Shown here one piece after another: positions 54,381-63,426 of a stretch of DNA of 64,000 bases. A model generated the notes under the pieces. It had not been told where the DNA came from and did not search any database. It was given only the letters and a program-made list of their open reading frames with translations. Positions within the stretch are counted from its first letter, which is position 1; each line of letters opens with the position of its first letter. The DNA comes from Deltaproteobacteria bacterium (GTDB taxonomy: Bacteria; Desulfobacterota; GWC2-55-46), in contig JADLDY010000013.1 in NCBI GenBank assembly GCA_020846435.1, positions 18,906 through 82,905 of the forward strand, read 5' to 3'. Both the position numbers and the translations under genes were made by a program.

Positions 54381-55901
54381 CTATTGATCTTCGAGGCGGG
54401 CAAGCCCGCCTCCGGAAAGCGCGCTGAACGGGAAGCCTCCCCTGTACGGCACTACCGCCAATGACACGTCCCTTACGCCCTTTATCTCCCGTATTAGCTC
54501 CACGACTTCGTCGTTCTCAAGCGGCTTTCCGGTCTTCCAGTCTATTGTCTGGACCTTCATCAACACCCTGCTCGGGTCGCCGACGGCGTTGGAGGCGTCC
54601 TCGACCATCTTCGCTATCATCTCTTTTATCGCTGTGCCGTCCTTTTCAAGCTCCTGGCCCATCTGCCTGTGGTAGGCCATTATGGAGTAATAATCAAAGT
54701 CAGCCTTCAGGGCCTCGCCTATGTCCTGCGAGAGCCAAGCGAGGGCGTACGAAGGGTTGGTCACGCTCTCGTACATGAGGTTTATGGCGAACATGGCCTC
54801 AGGCCTCTTCCTCTTGACCGTATGCATGAGCCTCTCGGCTACGCCAACGAGACGCCTGTTCTTCCAGGCTGACCACTTCCAGAAAAGCCTCGTGTAATGG
54901 ACCTGGCCCGGCGCCTCTCCCCTTACGTAGAGAGCCTCCGGGTCAAGGCGGACTCCGGTATCCCTCTCGAAGGCGCTTGATGCCTCGGAGCCGAAGCCCT
55001 CGTTGTGACGGAGGACCAGATCGTCCTGAAAAAGAACGCCGTCGATCTCATACGCGGCCAGATCAGCGTAAAGCCTCTCGAGGCGGCTGACAGCCTCGTC
55101 GCTGAAGAGGTCGAGCCCCTTGCAGCCGGATGACCTCCTCGCGGAGATGTCGTAGGAGGCGCACTCCTTCTCTCCCTCGATGCCATAATCGGCGTACCTG
55201 GTAGTCATCCACGCAAAGACCTTTATCCCGTTCCTGTGCGCTATCTCGAGGACGCGGGGCAGCAGGTCATCGACGACAGGCGCCTCTTTCGTCGAGAAGT
55301 AAACGCCGCGATCTGAGGCCGCCTTCGCGACAGGGTAGAACCTGTCGCCCTTGTTGTGAAAGACCCTCAGGATTATCGTGTCGACACCGGAGGACTTGAG
55401 CGATTGTATCTCCTTTTCGACCTCGGCATAGGTCCTGCCCTCAAAGAACATCACCTGAACGGCCCTTAGACCGGGCCTCATCTCCCGCAGGAATTCCTGC
55501 AGGGGCTGCGGGGAGTACCTCGTGCGCTTCTCCCTCGCCTCCCGCAGCTTCACCTCGGCGACCGGCGAAAAAGGGCTGTCCTGAAAGTTAGATATATAGA
55601 GCCTGAACTGGGTCTCGGCCTCGCCGTACCTGCCCCCGTAAAGATAGGCCTCGGCCATCTTGAACTGGGCCTCTGATATGAGGGGGCTTGCCGGGAAGTT
55701 CTCTATGACCCTCGCAAACTCCTTTGCAGCCCTGCGGTAGTCGCCCTCGTCCATGAGGAACCGCGCGTAGTTGTACTGCCCTAGGTCTGTGAAAAACGGG
55801 CTCACCTGCCCGGCGCGGGCTGGCAGCGGCGCGAGCGCAAACAACAGTAGCAGGAAGGCCGCAACGGACGGCCCCAAATACCTGAGAACAAAACTTCTCA
55901 T
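54381..55901 (-). CDS. Secreted protein with N-terminal TPR (YbgF-like) region and C-terminal glycoside-hydrolase-like TIM barrel (GHL10/GHL13, PgaB C-domain-like family).
   Basis: Signal peptide MRSFVLRYLGPSVAAFLLLLFALAPLPARA. TPR helices (YRRAAKEFARVIENFP..., EAQFKMAEAYLYGGRYGEAETQFR). TIM-barrel region (VDTIILRVF, IKVFAWMTTRYADYG). Preferred start is the ATG at 55901; the ORF-track start at 56078 overlaps radA. Confidence 0.65.
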   Translation of the reverse strand: MRSFVLRYLGPSVAAFLLLLFALAPLPARAGQVSPFFTDLGQYNYARFLMDEGDYRRAAKEFARVIENFPASPLISEAQFKMAEAYLYGGRYGEAETQFRLYISNFQDSPFSPVAEVKLREAREKRTRYSPQPLQEFLREMRPGLRAVQVMFFEGRTYAEVEKEIQSLKSSGVDTIILRVFHNKGDRFYPVAKAASDRGVYFSTKEAPVVDDLLPRVLEIAHRNGIKVFAWMTTRYADYGIEGEKECASYDISARRSSGCKGLDLFSDEAVSRLERLYADLAAYEIDGVLFQDDLVLRHNEGFGSEASSAFERDTGVRLDPEALYVRGEAPGQVHYTRLFWKWSAWKNRRLVGVAERLMHTVKRKRPEAMFAINLMYESVTNPSYALAWLSQDIGEALKADFDYYSIMAYHRQMGQELEKDGTAIKEMIAKMVEDASNAVGDPSRVLMKVQTIDWKTGKPLENDEVVELIREIKGVRDVSLAVVPYRGGFPFSALSGGGLARLEDQ

Positions 55902-55924
55902 TGTGCCACAACTACTGAAATTCA

Positions 55925-55933
55925 TTATACCAA
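55925..55933 (-). promoter_or_regulatory. Extended -10 promoter element (TGgTATAAT) upstream of the TPR/GHL gene.
   Basis: Minus strand reads tggTATAATgaatttc with a perfect TATAAT plus TG. It ends about 25 nt before the ATG at 55901. Confidence 0.45.
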
Positions 55934-55975
55934 ACACCCCGAAATGGAAGTAGCGGAAAAACTCCTTTGCGCTCC

Positions 55976-57331
55976 TCAGAAAAACTTCGCGATAGCCTCT
56001 TTTATCGTCGAGACGCCCTCCAGCTTCATGCCGGATGGGGCCTTCAGGCCCTTCATGTTGTCTTTGGGCATTATGCACCTCTTGAAGCCGAGCTTGGCGG
56101 CTTCCCTGACCCTGGGCTCTACCTGGCTTATGGCCCTCACCTCTCCGGCGAGCCCCACCTCGCCGAAGATGACTGTGGAAGGGTCGATGGGCTTGTCCAT
56201 GCAGTTCGAGGTTATCGACGCGAGTATGCCTAAGTCTATTGCAGGCTCTTCGAGCCTCATGCCTCCGGCGACCTTGAGGAATATGTCGTGGTTGGCAAGC
56301 TGAATGCCAGCCTTTTTCTCGAGGACGGCCGCGAGGAGCATGACCTTGTTATAGTCGACCCCGACGACAGTCCTCCTCGGCACGCCGAAAAGGGTCGGAC
56401 AGACAAGAGATTGCACTTCTACAAGTATCGTCCGGGACCCCTCAAGACTTGAGACCACTGCCGAACCGGACGCGCCTTCCGGCCTCTCCGCGAGGAATAT
56501 CTCGGAAGGGTTCACAACCTCCCTCAAACCCTCCTCCTTCATCTCGAAGACGCCTATCTCCATGACAGAGCCGAAGCGGTTCTTTACGGCCCTCAATATC
56601 CTGAAGGCGTGCCCCCTCTCGCCCTCGAAGTAAAGGACGGTGTCTACCATGTGCTCCAAGACCTTCGGCCCGGCTATCGCGCCGTCTTTTGTCACGTGGC
56701 CGACGAGAAAGACTGGTATGTCCATTGCCTTTGAGTTGGATATGAGCTTCGCTGATATCTCCCTGACCTGGCTTACGCTTCCCGGGGAAGATTCAAGCGC
56801 GTCTGACGCGATGGTCTGTACGGAATCAATGACGAGGACGCCGGGGTTTATCTCACGTACGGCCTCGAGTATGCGCTCGAGGGAAGTCTCCGCGTAGACG
56901 AGGAGCCCTTCGGCGAGAGCGCCGAGCCTCTCTCCGCGTAGCCTTATCTGGCGCATCGACTCCTCTCCGGTGACGTAGAGGACCTTGCGGGTCTTCGCGA
57001 GGGAGCCCATGGCCTGCAGCAGAAGGGTCGATTTTCCTATGCCTGGGTCTCCTCCGATGAGCACCGCCGACCCTGGCACGAGCCCGCCGCCCAAGACCCT
57101 GTCGAGCTCGGAGATGCCGGTCGAGAACCTGTCCTCCTCGGCCATGTTAAGGGTCGATATCGGACGCGGAGGGGCGCCCGGGGAACTGGAGTGGCCGCCT
57201 GATTTCCTCTCGGGCTCGACCTTCTCTTCCACAAAGGTGTTCCAGCCGCCGCAATCAGGGCATTTGCCGAGCCATTTGTGCGAGGTATTTCCGCAGCCCT
57301 GGCATGCGTAGATGGTCCTAGTCCGTGCCAT
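55976..57331 (-). CDS. radA: DNA repair protein RadA (Sms).
   Basis: N-terminal Zn ribbon CQGCG...CPDCGGWNT, RecA-like Walker A GDPGIGKST, KNRFG motif, and Lon-like C-domain. Confidence 0.95.
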   Translation of the reverse strand: MARTRTIYACQGCGNTSHKWLGKCPDCGGWNTFVEEKVEPERKSGGHSSSPGAPPRPISTLNMAEEDRFSTGISELDRVLGGGLVPGSAVLIGGDPGIGKSTLLLQAMGSLAKTRKVLYVTGEESMRQIRLRGERLGALAEGLLVYAETSLERILEAVREINPGVLVIDSVQTIASDALESSPGSVSQVREISAKLISNSKAMDIPVFLVGHVTKDGAIAGPKVLEHMVDTVLYFEGERGHAFRILRAVKNRFGSVMEIGVFEMKEEGLREVVNPSEIFLAERPEGASGSAVVSSLEGSRTILVEVQSLVCPTLFGVPRRTVVGVDYNKVMLLAAVLEKKAGIQLANHDIFLKVAGGMRLEEPAIDLGILASITSNCMDKPIDPSTVIFGEVGLAGEVRAISQVEPRVREAAKLGFKRCIMPKDNMKGLKAPSGMKLEGVSTIKEAIAKFF

Positions 57332-57388
57332 AAGATTCAGCTCAACTCCGGGGCATAAGATGCGATGTAACTATGAGGCGTTTACGGA

Positions 57389-57416
57389 TTGACAAAGACG
57401 GCAGTTTTGTTATCAT
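57389..57416 (+). promoter_or_regulatory. Sigma-70 promoter for the HEAT / HD-GYP operon.
   Basis: TTGACA (57389..57394), a 16-nt spacer, then TATCAT (57411..57416); it lies in the divergent spacer next to radA. Confidence 0.6.
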
Positions 57417-57449
57417 ATTTTGAATGCCGAAGAAGCGGAAACAGGGAAA

Positions 57450-59045
57450 ATGTCAGTAGAAATAATAAATTACGCTTCCATACTAATTGAACTCGTCAAA
57501 GCTGTCAAGATGCATAATTTCTACCCTGAGGGGCACCCTCAGCTTGACGCCACGCTCGAGAAAGCCTATCTCCAGTTGAAGAAAGCGGTCGACAGCCAGG
57601 GCGAGATAAAATGGCGTCTCGACCAGAAGGGCTTCTACGACGGCAAGATAGCCATATCCCCCAACTACGGCGACGGCGCGGCGCTGGCCAAGAAGCTTTT
57701 TTTCAGGAAGATAAAGGAGATCGCCTTCACCCCGTCTCTCACGGTCAGCGACCTCAAGGTCCTGCTTTCAGCCGTAAAGATGGAGCCAGAGGATATAGCG
57801 TCCAGGGGCGGCGTCGATGAGCTCTTCGCGAGCCTTGACGTCGAAGGCATACTCCTCAACGAGATGAGATACGAGGACCTCAAAAGGCTCAAATCCGAAC
57901 TCCAGAGGAGAAAAGAGGAAGAGGAACGGGCCGCCGAGGAGGCCAGGAAGAAAGAGGAGCTCTCCGGCGAGTCGACCGAGGCCAGCGAGGAAAAACAGCC
58001 CGAGGAAAAGCCTGAAGAGGAAAAGGACGACACCGGGCTCAGAGTGCTTCTCAACCTCGCCAACAGGGAAAACGACCTTTTGAGATACAACGACCTTGCA
58101 GTAAGGATACGGGAGAAGACAGAGCCCCTGCTCGTCGAGAAGGACATCGACAAGGTCTTTCCCGCAGTAATGACCTTCTACGCGCACGCGGTGCCGTCCT
58201 CAGGCAAGACCGACGGCATACGCTCTACCGCGCTCGACAAGTTAAAGAGCATGCTTACCAGGGACGTGCTCGCCTATCTCGCGGCCAGGGCCGGCGCGAA
58301 GGACAACCAGCTGCGCGGCGCGACCCAGAGCATACTCGTATTCGCAGGAGACCCCGGAGCAGACGCGCTCCTTGACGCCATCATAGAGGCCCCTGAGGCC
58401 GCAATCCGCCGCAACCTCTTCAACGCTCTCGTGCGCTTCGGGGCCCGCCTCAGGCCGCTTGCGGAATCGCGGCTCAACCACCAGGCGTGGTACGTCGTCA
58501 GGCAGATGGTCTCCCTCCTGGGTGAAGTGGGCGGGGCGGAATCCATCCCCGCCCTTGAAAAAGCCTACGTCCACGACGAGCCCAGGGTCAAGAAGGAAGT
58601 GATGAAAAGCCTCGTGAGGATCGGCACGATAAGGGCCACGGCGTTCCTCCTCGACAAGCTCGGCGAGCAGGACCACTCGCTTGTCTCGCAGGCCATCATC
58701 TCGCTCGGCATGCTCAAGGACCCAGCCTCGATAGAGCCTCTCGCGGCGATAGCCTCGAAGAGAGAGAACTTCTCAGACCTCATCGACCCGCAGAAAGAAG
58801 CCATAAAAGCGCTCGGCATAATCGGTGATACGAGGGCTGTCGCGCACCTCGTGAAGATACTCTCAAGGAAAGTCTGGTTCGGAAAGAAAGCCAATGACGA
58901 GGTCCGCTCGCTGGCCGCGCTCTCGCTTGGCATGATAGGCACGCCTGAGGCTATGCAGGCTGTCCAGGAGGCGGCCTCTGACGCCTCCGGCGAGCTGCAG
59001 GCGGCCTGCAAACGCGTTCTCGATGGGAGGGAAAAGAAGACATGA
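57450..59045 (+). CDS. Protein with an N-terminal domain of unknown function (YPEGHP motif), a charged E/K linker, and C-terminal HEAT (PBS-lyase-type) repeats.
   Basis: HEAT-like repeats (ESIPALEKAYVHDEPRVKKEVMKSLVRIG, ...AIKALGIIGDTRAVAHLVKIL). The preferred start is ATG 57450 (MSVEII) with an AGGGA Shine-Dalgarno. Its stop overlaps the next gene's start (ATGA). Confidence 0.75.
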   Translation: MSVEIINYASILIELVKAVKMHNFYPEGHPQLDATLEKAYLQLKKAVDSQGEIKWRLDQKGFYDGKIAISPNYGDGAALAKKLFFRKIKEIAFTPSLTVSDLKVLLSAVKMEPEDIASRGGVDELFASLDVEGILLNEMRYEDLKRLKSELQRRKEEEERAAEEARKKEELSGESTEASEEKQPEEKPEEEKDDTGLRVLLNLANRENDLLRYNDLAVRIREKTEPLLVEKDIDKVFPAVMTFYAHAVPSSGKTDGIRSTALDKLKSMLTRDVLAYLAARAGAKDNQLRGATQSILVFAGDPGADALLDAIIEAPEAAIRRNLFNALVRFGARLRPLAESRLNHQAWYVVRQMVSLLGEVGGAESIPALEKAYVHDEPRVKKEVMKSLVRIGTIRATAFLLDKLGEQDHSLVSQAIISLGMLKDPASIEPLAAIASKRENFSDLIDPQKEAIKALGIIGDTRAVAHLVKILSRKVWFGKKANDEVRSLAALSLGMIGTPEAMQAVQEAASDASGELQAACKRVLDGREKKT

Positions 59046-60379
59046 ACGGACCAGATGGCAGGGAAGCTATTCTCAAGAACATAAACGCCGCATTGAAAAG
59101 CAGGAAGCTTTACCCGCCGGGGCACCCCGCGATAGCGGCTCCAGTGAACAAGGCCTGCGCTCTGCTTACGGATGAGCTCAAGGGCATGAACAACCTCGCA
59201 GTCGGCCTCGTCAACGATACCCTCATCTTCGAGGACGACATGGTGGAGGACGGCGAGAAGCTCTACTCGGACCTGATACAGAACATGGCCGAGAAGAACG
59301 TGGAAGCCATGATATTCGAGAAGGGCTTCACGAGCAGGGAGCTCACGGACGTCTTCGAAATACTCTCCGGCTCCCAGGTCTACAACGGCCACGAGCTCCA
59401 GAAGGAGCTCCATTCCAGGGGCGTAATGCGCATCACGCTCAAGAACGCCCCTGCCGGCAAGAGGAACATCCTCGAGATATACAACGGCGCGGTCGAGATT
59501 GTAGAGAACGTCATGGGCGAAGTCCGGATGGGGAAGATCCCCAAATCCGGGCCTGTCAAGGAGATAGTCGCCGAGATGACCGAGTCGGTCTTCTCCGACC
59601 CGCACGCGATCATCGGCCTCACGATGATAAAGAACTACGACAACTACCTGTACAACCACTCGGTGAACGTCTCGATAATGTCGCTCTCTCTCGGCAGGGC
59701 CATGGGCCTGAGCGTAGAGGAAGTGCACGCCATAGGGGTCGCCTCCCTCCTCCACGACATCGGCAAGACCGGCGTCTCCGAGCAGATAATAAGAAAACCC
59801 GGGGGCCTGAGCTCGGAGGAGTGGGAGAAGGTCAAGCAGCACCCCCAGCTCGGCTCGAACATAATAAAGAGGATGGAAGGCATCGACGCGACGATCGGGC
59901 GCCTCATATACGAGCACCACATAAAGTACGACCACTCGGGATACCCTGAGACGGTCGAAAACCTCCACCCGCACAGCCAGATAATAACGATATGCGACGC
60001 GTATGACGCCCTTACCACATTGAGGGTCTATCAGAAGCCGCACGACCCAGTTGAGGCGATAAAGATAATGAGCAACTTCTCGGGCAGACACTTCAACCCT
60101 GACATACTGAAATCCTTCATGGACATGATGGGGCTTTACCCGACCGGGACGATGGTGCGCCTTGCGACCGGCGAACTGGGAGTGGTGCTGCGGCTCAACG
60201 AAGGCGCGCCTGAGAAGCCCGTTATCAAGATCCTCTACAACGAGGACGGCGTTGAGTTGGAAAAGCCCTTTGAGGTTGACCTATCGACAGACTCCGGAAG
60301 AGAGATCGTGACCAACGTCAACCCGGCAACTACCGCTACCGACCTCGGAGCGTTCTTCGAAAAAGAGGCGGCCGGATAA
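59042..60379 (+). CDS. HD-GYP domain phosphodiesterase (c-di-GMP family) with an N-terminal domain paralogous to the upstream gene.
   Basis: HD motif LLHDIGKT. The ...HHIKYDHSGYPE segment gives the GYP signature. N-terminal LYPPGHP domain. Confidence 0.85.
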   Translation: MNGPDGREAILKNINAALKSRKLYPPGHPAIAAPVNKACALLTDELKGMNNLAVGLVNDTLIFEDDMVEDGEKLYSDLIQNMAEKNVEAMIFEKGFTSRELTDVFEILSGSQVYNGHELQKELHSRGVMRITLKNAPAGKRNILEIYNGAVEIVENVMGEVRMGKIPKSGPVKEIVAEMTESVFSDPHAIIGLTMIKNYDNYLYNHSVNVSIMSLSLGRAMGLSVEEVHAIGVASLLHDIGKTGVSEQIIRKPGGLSSEEWEKVKQHPQLGSNIIKRMEGIDATIGRLIYEHHIKYDHSGYPETVENLHPHSQIITICDAYDALTTLRVYQKPHDPVEAIKIMSNFSGRHFNPDILKSFMDMMGLYPTGTMVRLATGELGVVLRLNEGAPEKPVIKILYNEDGVELEKPFEVDLSTDSGREIVTNVNPATTATDLGAFFEKEAAG

Positions 60380-60404
60380 AGACGGCGCGACAGGATAGAA
60401 ATAA

Positions 60405-60440
60405 GAAAAGGCAAGCCTTCTGGCTTGCCTTTTTGTTTTA
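60405..60440. terminator. Bidirectional rho-independent terminator between the convergent HD-GYP and HEAT-repeat genes.
   Basis: aaaaggcaagcc-ttct-ggcttgcctttttgtttt. Confidence 0.8.
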
Positions 60441-60458
60441 CAGGGCATGAGTATAACT

Positions 60459-61022
60459 TCAGATGTCCATGGAGCCCAAGCCCCTCAAGGCTATGGCCTT
60501 CATCGCGGGGTTGCCTTTGGCGGCGAAGTAGATGAAGGCCTCTTCCGCCCTCTTGTCGCCTATGGCGGCTACCGCTTCAAGAGCGCGCTCGACGACGCCT
60601 GTATCCTGATGCTTGAGCATCTGCATGAAAGGCCCGAGGAGCCTCGGGTCTTTGAAGGTGGAGAGCGCCTCGACAGCCGCCCTCGCTACTATGGGGCTCG
60701 TGTCCTTGAGGCTCTCTACCATCTGCGGCAATGTCGCCGGGTCGCCGAGGTTGCCGAGGGCACGGACTCCCGCGGCCCTTACGTCCTCGAGCGGGTCTTT
60801 AAGGCTCCTGGCGAGAGCTTCGGCCACCCTCGGCCCCCTGAGGTCGGAGAGCGCGTAGATGACCCTTATCTTCTCGAGCATCTCTCCTGTTTCTATCTTC
60901 TTTTCGAGCGCGTCGAGCCGCTCCCTGGCCTGAAACTTTTCGAGAGCAGCGGCAGCGGCCTTTTTCACCTGGCTGTCGGCGTCTTTAAGCGCGCCAAGCA
61001 GTATTTCCCTTCGTTTGCTCAT
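60459..61022 (-). CDS. HEAT-repeat (PBS lyase-like) protein.
   Basis: Repeated (D/E)xxVRxxAxxALGxxG units: DVRAAGVRALGNLGD, IVARAAVEALSTF, AMKAIALRGLGS. Confidence 0.75.
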   Translation of the reverse strand: MSKRREILLGALKDADSQVKKAAAAALEKFQARERLDALEKKIETGEMLEKIRVIYALSDLRGPRVAEALARSLKDPLEDVRAAGVRALGNLGDPATLPQMVESLKDTSPIVARAAVEALSTFKDPRLLGPFMQMLKHQDTGVVERALEAVAAIGDKRAEEAFIYFAAKGNPAMKAIALRGLGSMDI

Positions 61023-61047
61023 TCTCGTATCTATATCAAACTACGCT

Positions 61048-62340
61048 TTATTTTGCAAGGGTCTCAGTCCACGCCAGGATCGCCTCCACGGCCTTCCTTG
61101 ACTGCTTCTCCCTCCTGTCCCTGCCTGTCTCAGCGGGAAGAAGGCCCATGTTCGCGTTCATCGGAGTGAACGAGCCCTGAGCTCCTGATATGTGCCTCAT
61201 GAGAGCGCCCGTGATAGTCGTCTCCGGCGGGCATACAAGACTCTGGCCCCTCGCACGTCTCATGGCGTTTATCCCGGCAAGTATGCCAGAGGCGGCTGAC
61301 TCGCAGTAGCCTTCGACGCCGGTTATCTGCCCGGCGAAGAAGATAGACGGCTCTGCGCGCAGCTCTTGAGCCTCGGTAAGGAGCCTGGGGGAGTCGATGT
61401 AGCTGTTCCTGTGGAGCTTACCAAGCCTCGCGAACTCGGCACGCCTCAATGCAGGGATCATCGTGAATATCCTCTTCTGCTCGCCGAAAGTAAGCCTGGT
61501 CTGGAAGCCGACGATATTGTAGAGCGTGCCCTCTTTATTCTCCCGCCTGAGCTGTACTACGGCAAAAGGCCTTTTCCCTGTGTGCGGGTCAGTGAGGCCT
61601 ACCGGCCTCATCGGGCCGAAGAGGAGCGTCTTCGGCCCCCTTTGCGCCATGACCTCTATCGGCATGCAGGCTTCAAAGCTCTTCATGTCCTCGAACTCGC
61701 GGGCTCTGGCCGTATCAGCCTTTATGAGCTCATCGTAGAAAGCCTCGTACTCTTCTTTGGTCATCGGGCAGTTTATGTAGTCTGCCTCGCCCTTGCCGTA
61801 CCTCGAAGCGCAAAAAGCGCTCTCCATGTCTATCGACTCTGTGCAGACTATCGGCGCGACAGCGTCGTAGAAGTTGAGGCTCTTCGCGCCGATGAGCTCC
61901 TGTATGGAAGCGGCAAAGGCGTCGGATGTAAGCGGGCCTGAAGCTATCACAAGGGGACGCGCTGGCGGGACTTCCACCACCTCGCCCCTTATTACCTCGA
62001 CTCCGGCCTCGATGAGGGCCGACGTTATGAACTCTGAGAAGGCCGTCCTGTCGACCGCGAGCGTCGACCCTGCAGGAACGCGAGTCGCCTCAGCCGCCTT
62101 CAGGACAAGCGAGCCGAGGGCGCGCATCTCTTCCTTGAGGACTCCGGAAGCGTTCTCCATGCTCTCAGACTTGAGGGAATTGGAGCAGACAAGCTCGGCA
62201 AGGGAGGCCATGGCGTGGGCAGGGCTCATCTTCACGGGCTTCATCTCGAGTATGACAGCCCTGCCGCCCCTTGAGGCCACCTGCCAGGCGGCTTCAGACC
62301 CGGCAAGCCCTCCGCCTATTATCGTAACTTTCTCGGACAT
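61048..62340 (-). CDS. trmFO: Methylenetetrahydrofolate-tRNA-(uracil54-C5)-methyltransferase TrmFO.
   Basis: FAD Rossmann VTIIGGGLAGSEAAWQ and conserved C-terminal TrmFO/Gid region. Confidence 0.9.
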   Translation of the reverse strand: MSEKVTIIGGGLAGSEAAWQVASRGGRAVILEMKPVKMSPAHAMASLAELVCSNSLKSESMENASGVLKEEMRALGSLVLKAAEATRVPAGSTLAVDRTAFSEFITSALIEAGVEVIRGEVVEVPPARPLVIASGPLTSDAFAASIQELIGAKSLNFYDAVAPIVCTESIDMESAFCASRYGKGEADYINCPMTKEEYEAFYDELIKADTARAREFEDMKSFEACMPIEVMAQRGPKTLLFGPMRPVGLTDPHTGKRPFAVVQLRRENKEGTLYNIVGFQTRLTFGEQKRIFTMIPALRRAEFARLGKLHRNSYIDSPRLLTEAQELRAEPSIFFAGQITGVEGYCESAASGILAGINAMRRARGQSLVCPPETTITGALMRHISGAQGSFTPMNANMGLLPAETGRDRREKQSRKAVEAILAWTETLAK

Positions 62341-62431
62341 TCTCGATCCCCGTTTCTTATTATCCCCGGCCTGCCATGCTTAACAGGCCGCCTGTCTTGC
62401 GTAAAAGAATTTTTTATGGTAGTTTTTGAAA

Positions 62432-62728
62432 ATGAACAAAATGGTCAGGGCTCACATCACAGTCGAGGGGCGCGTCCAGGGGGTCTCGTTCAGGGCGGGC
62501 ACTGTCGAAGCCGCGATGATCCACGGCGTGCGCGGCTGGGTAAGGAACAACCCGAACGGCGCGGTCGAAGCGGTGCTCGAAGGGGACGAGGAGTCTGTCA
62601 ACCGCCTCATCGAGTGGTGCCGCACAGGCCCGCCAATGGCAAGAGTAGAGCGGCTCAGCCTCAACTGGGAGCAATTCAAAGACGAGTTCGACGACTTCAC
62701 AGCCCTGACGCGCTACACGGCCTACTGA
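62432..62728 (+). CDS. acyP: Acylphosphatase.
   Basis: VEGRVQGVSFRA and GWVRNNPNGAVEAVLEGDEESV motifs; the start could be 62426 (TTG), 62432 or 62441. Confidence 0.85.
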   Translation: MNKMVRAHITVEGRVQGVSFRAGTVEAAMIHGVRGWVRNNPNGAVEAVLEGDEESVNRLIEWCRTGPPMARVERLSLNWEQFKDEFDDFTALTRYTAY

Positions 62729-62730
62729 AT

Positions 62731-63297
62731 ATGACAAAAGCCCGCGCCCTCGCGCTACTCATACTTCTGGCCTTCCTCCTGCCCTCGTGCGCGCCCGAGG
62801 TGAAGCTTGCCTATCTCGTGCCGGACAGCCCCGCTCTCCCCGGCTATAAGTCAAAAGGCGCCGAGAGCTCTTTTGAGAACAAAACGCTCGCGGCTTCCGC
62901 CAGGCAGGTGCAAAAAAGCGAACTTGCAAACGCTTTCCTCGCGTCACTTCTCGAGAGGGACTTCGTGATCATCTCCATGACCATCGAGAACAGGTCGGCT
63001 TCAAAGGCCATCTACAAACCAAACTACACGGCGCTCGTGAACTCGGTCGATTATTTGAAGCCGCTCGACTACACCGACCTTTACGAACTCGGCGGCCAAG
63101 CCGTTGACGAGCTCAAGGGGAAGTTCTATGACCTCGACGCCGTGTTATCGCCGGGAGGCCGGACTACCGCCCTCCTCATTTTCGGCCCTCTTTCAAAAGA
63201 AGCCAAAAAAGCGGCCTTGCAAGTCAGGGAGTACTATGTCGGCACCGAGACCATGACCTTCTCTCTGCCATTCCAGTTGAAAGCGACTCCGTACTGA
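62731..63297 (+). CDS. Hypothetical lipoprotein (188 aa).
   Basis: Lipoprotein signal MTKARALALLILLAFLLPSC. This is the downstream part of the 62416..63297 ORF; the upstream part is a frame artefact overlapping acyP. Confidence 0.6.
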   Translation: MTKARALALLILLAFLLPSCAPEVKLAYLVPDSPALPGYKSKGAESSFENKTLAASARQVQKSELANAFLASLLERDFVIISMTIENRSASKAIYKPNYTALVNSVDYLKPLDYTDLYELGGQAVDELKGKFYDLDAVLSPGGRTTALLIFGPLSKEAKKAALQVREYYVGTETMTFSLPFQLKATPY

Positions 63298-63426
63298 CAG
63301 GATACCCCAAGCTGCCGTAATCCGATGGGCCGCTACGACACATAAGGAATTTTCGATTTCTATTCGCTCGCTTACCCCCGCAGCACGCTGCTGGTATTAC
63401 GCTCGCTATGTGTGTTCAGCGGCCTT

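Noticed and set aside
58565-60091. 508-aa minus-strand ORF antisense to the HEAT and HD-GYP genes.
   Set aside because: The plus-strand frames carry clear HEAT and HD-GYP motifs with a promoter and coupled start; the antisense frame is low-complexity.
62416-62730. N-terminal 105 codons of the 62416..63297 ORF overlapping acyP in another frame.
   Set aside because: That frame gives a low-complexity Arg/Gly-rich sequence, whereas acyP has diagnostic motifs. The lipoprotein signal peptide begins at the ATG at 62731, which is the real start.
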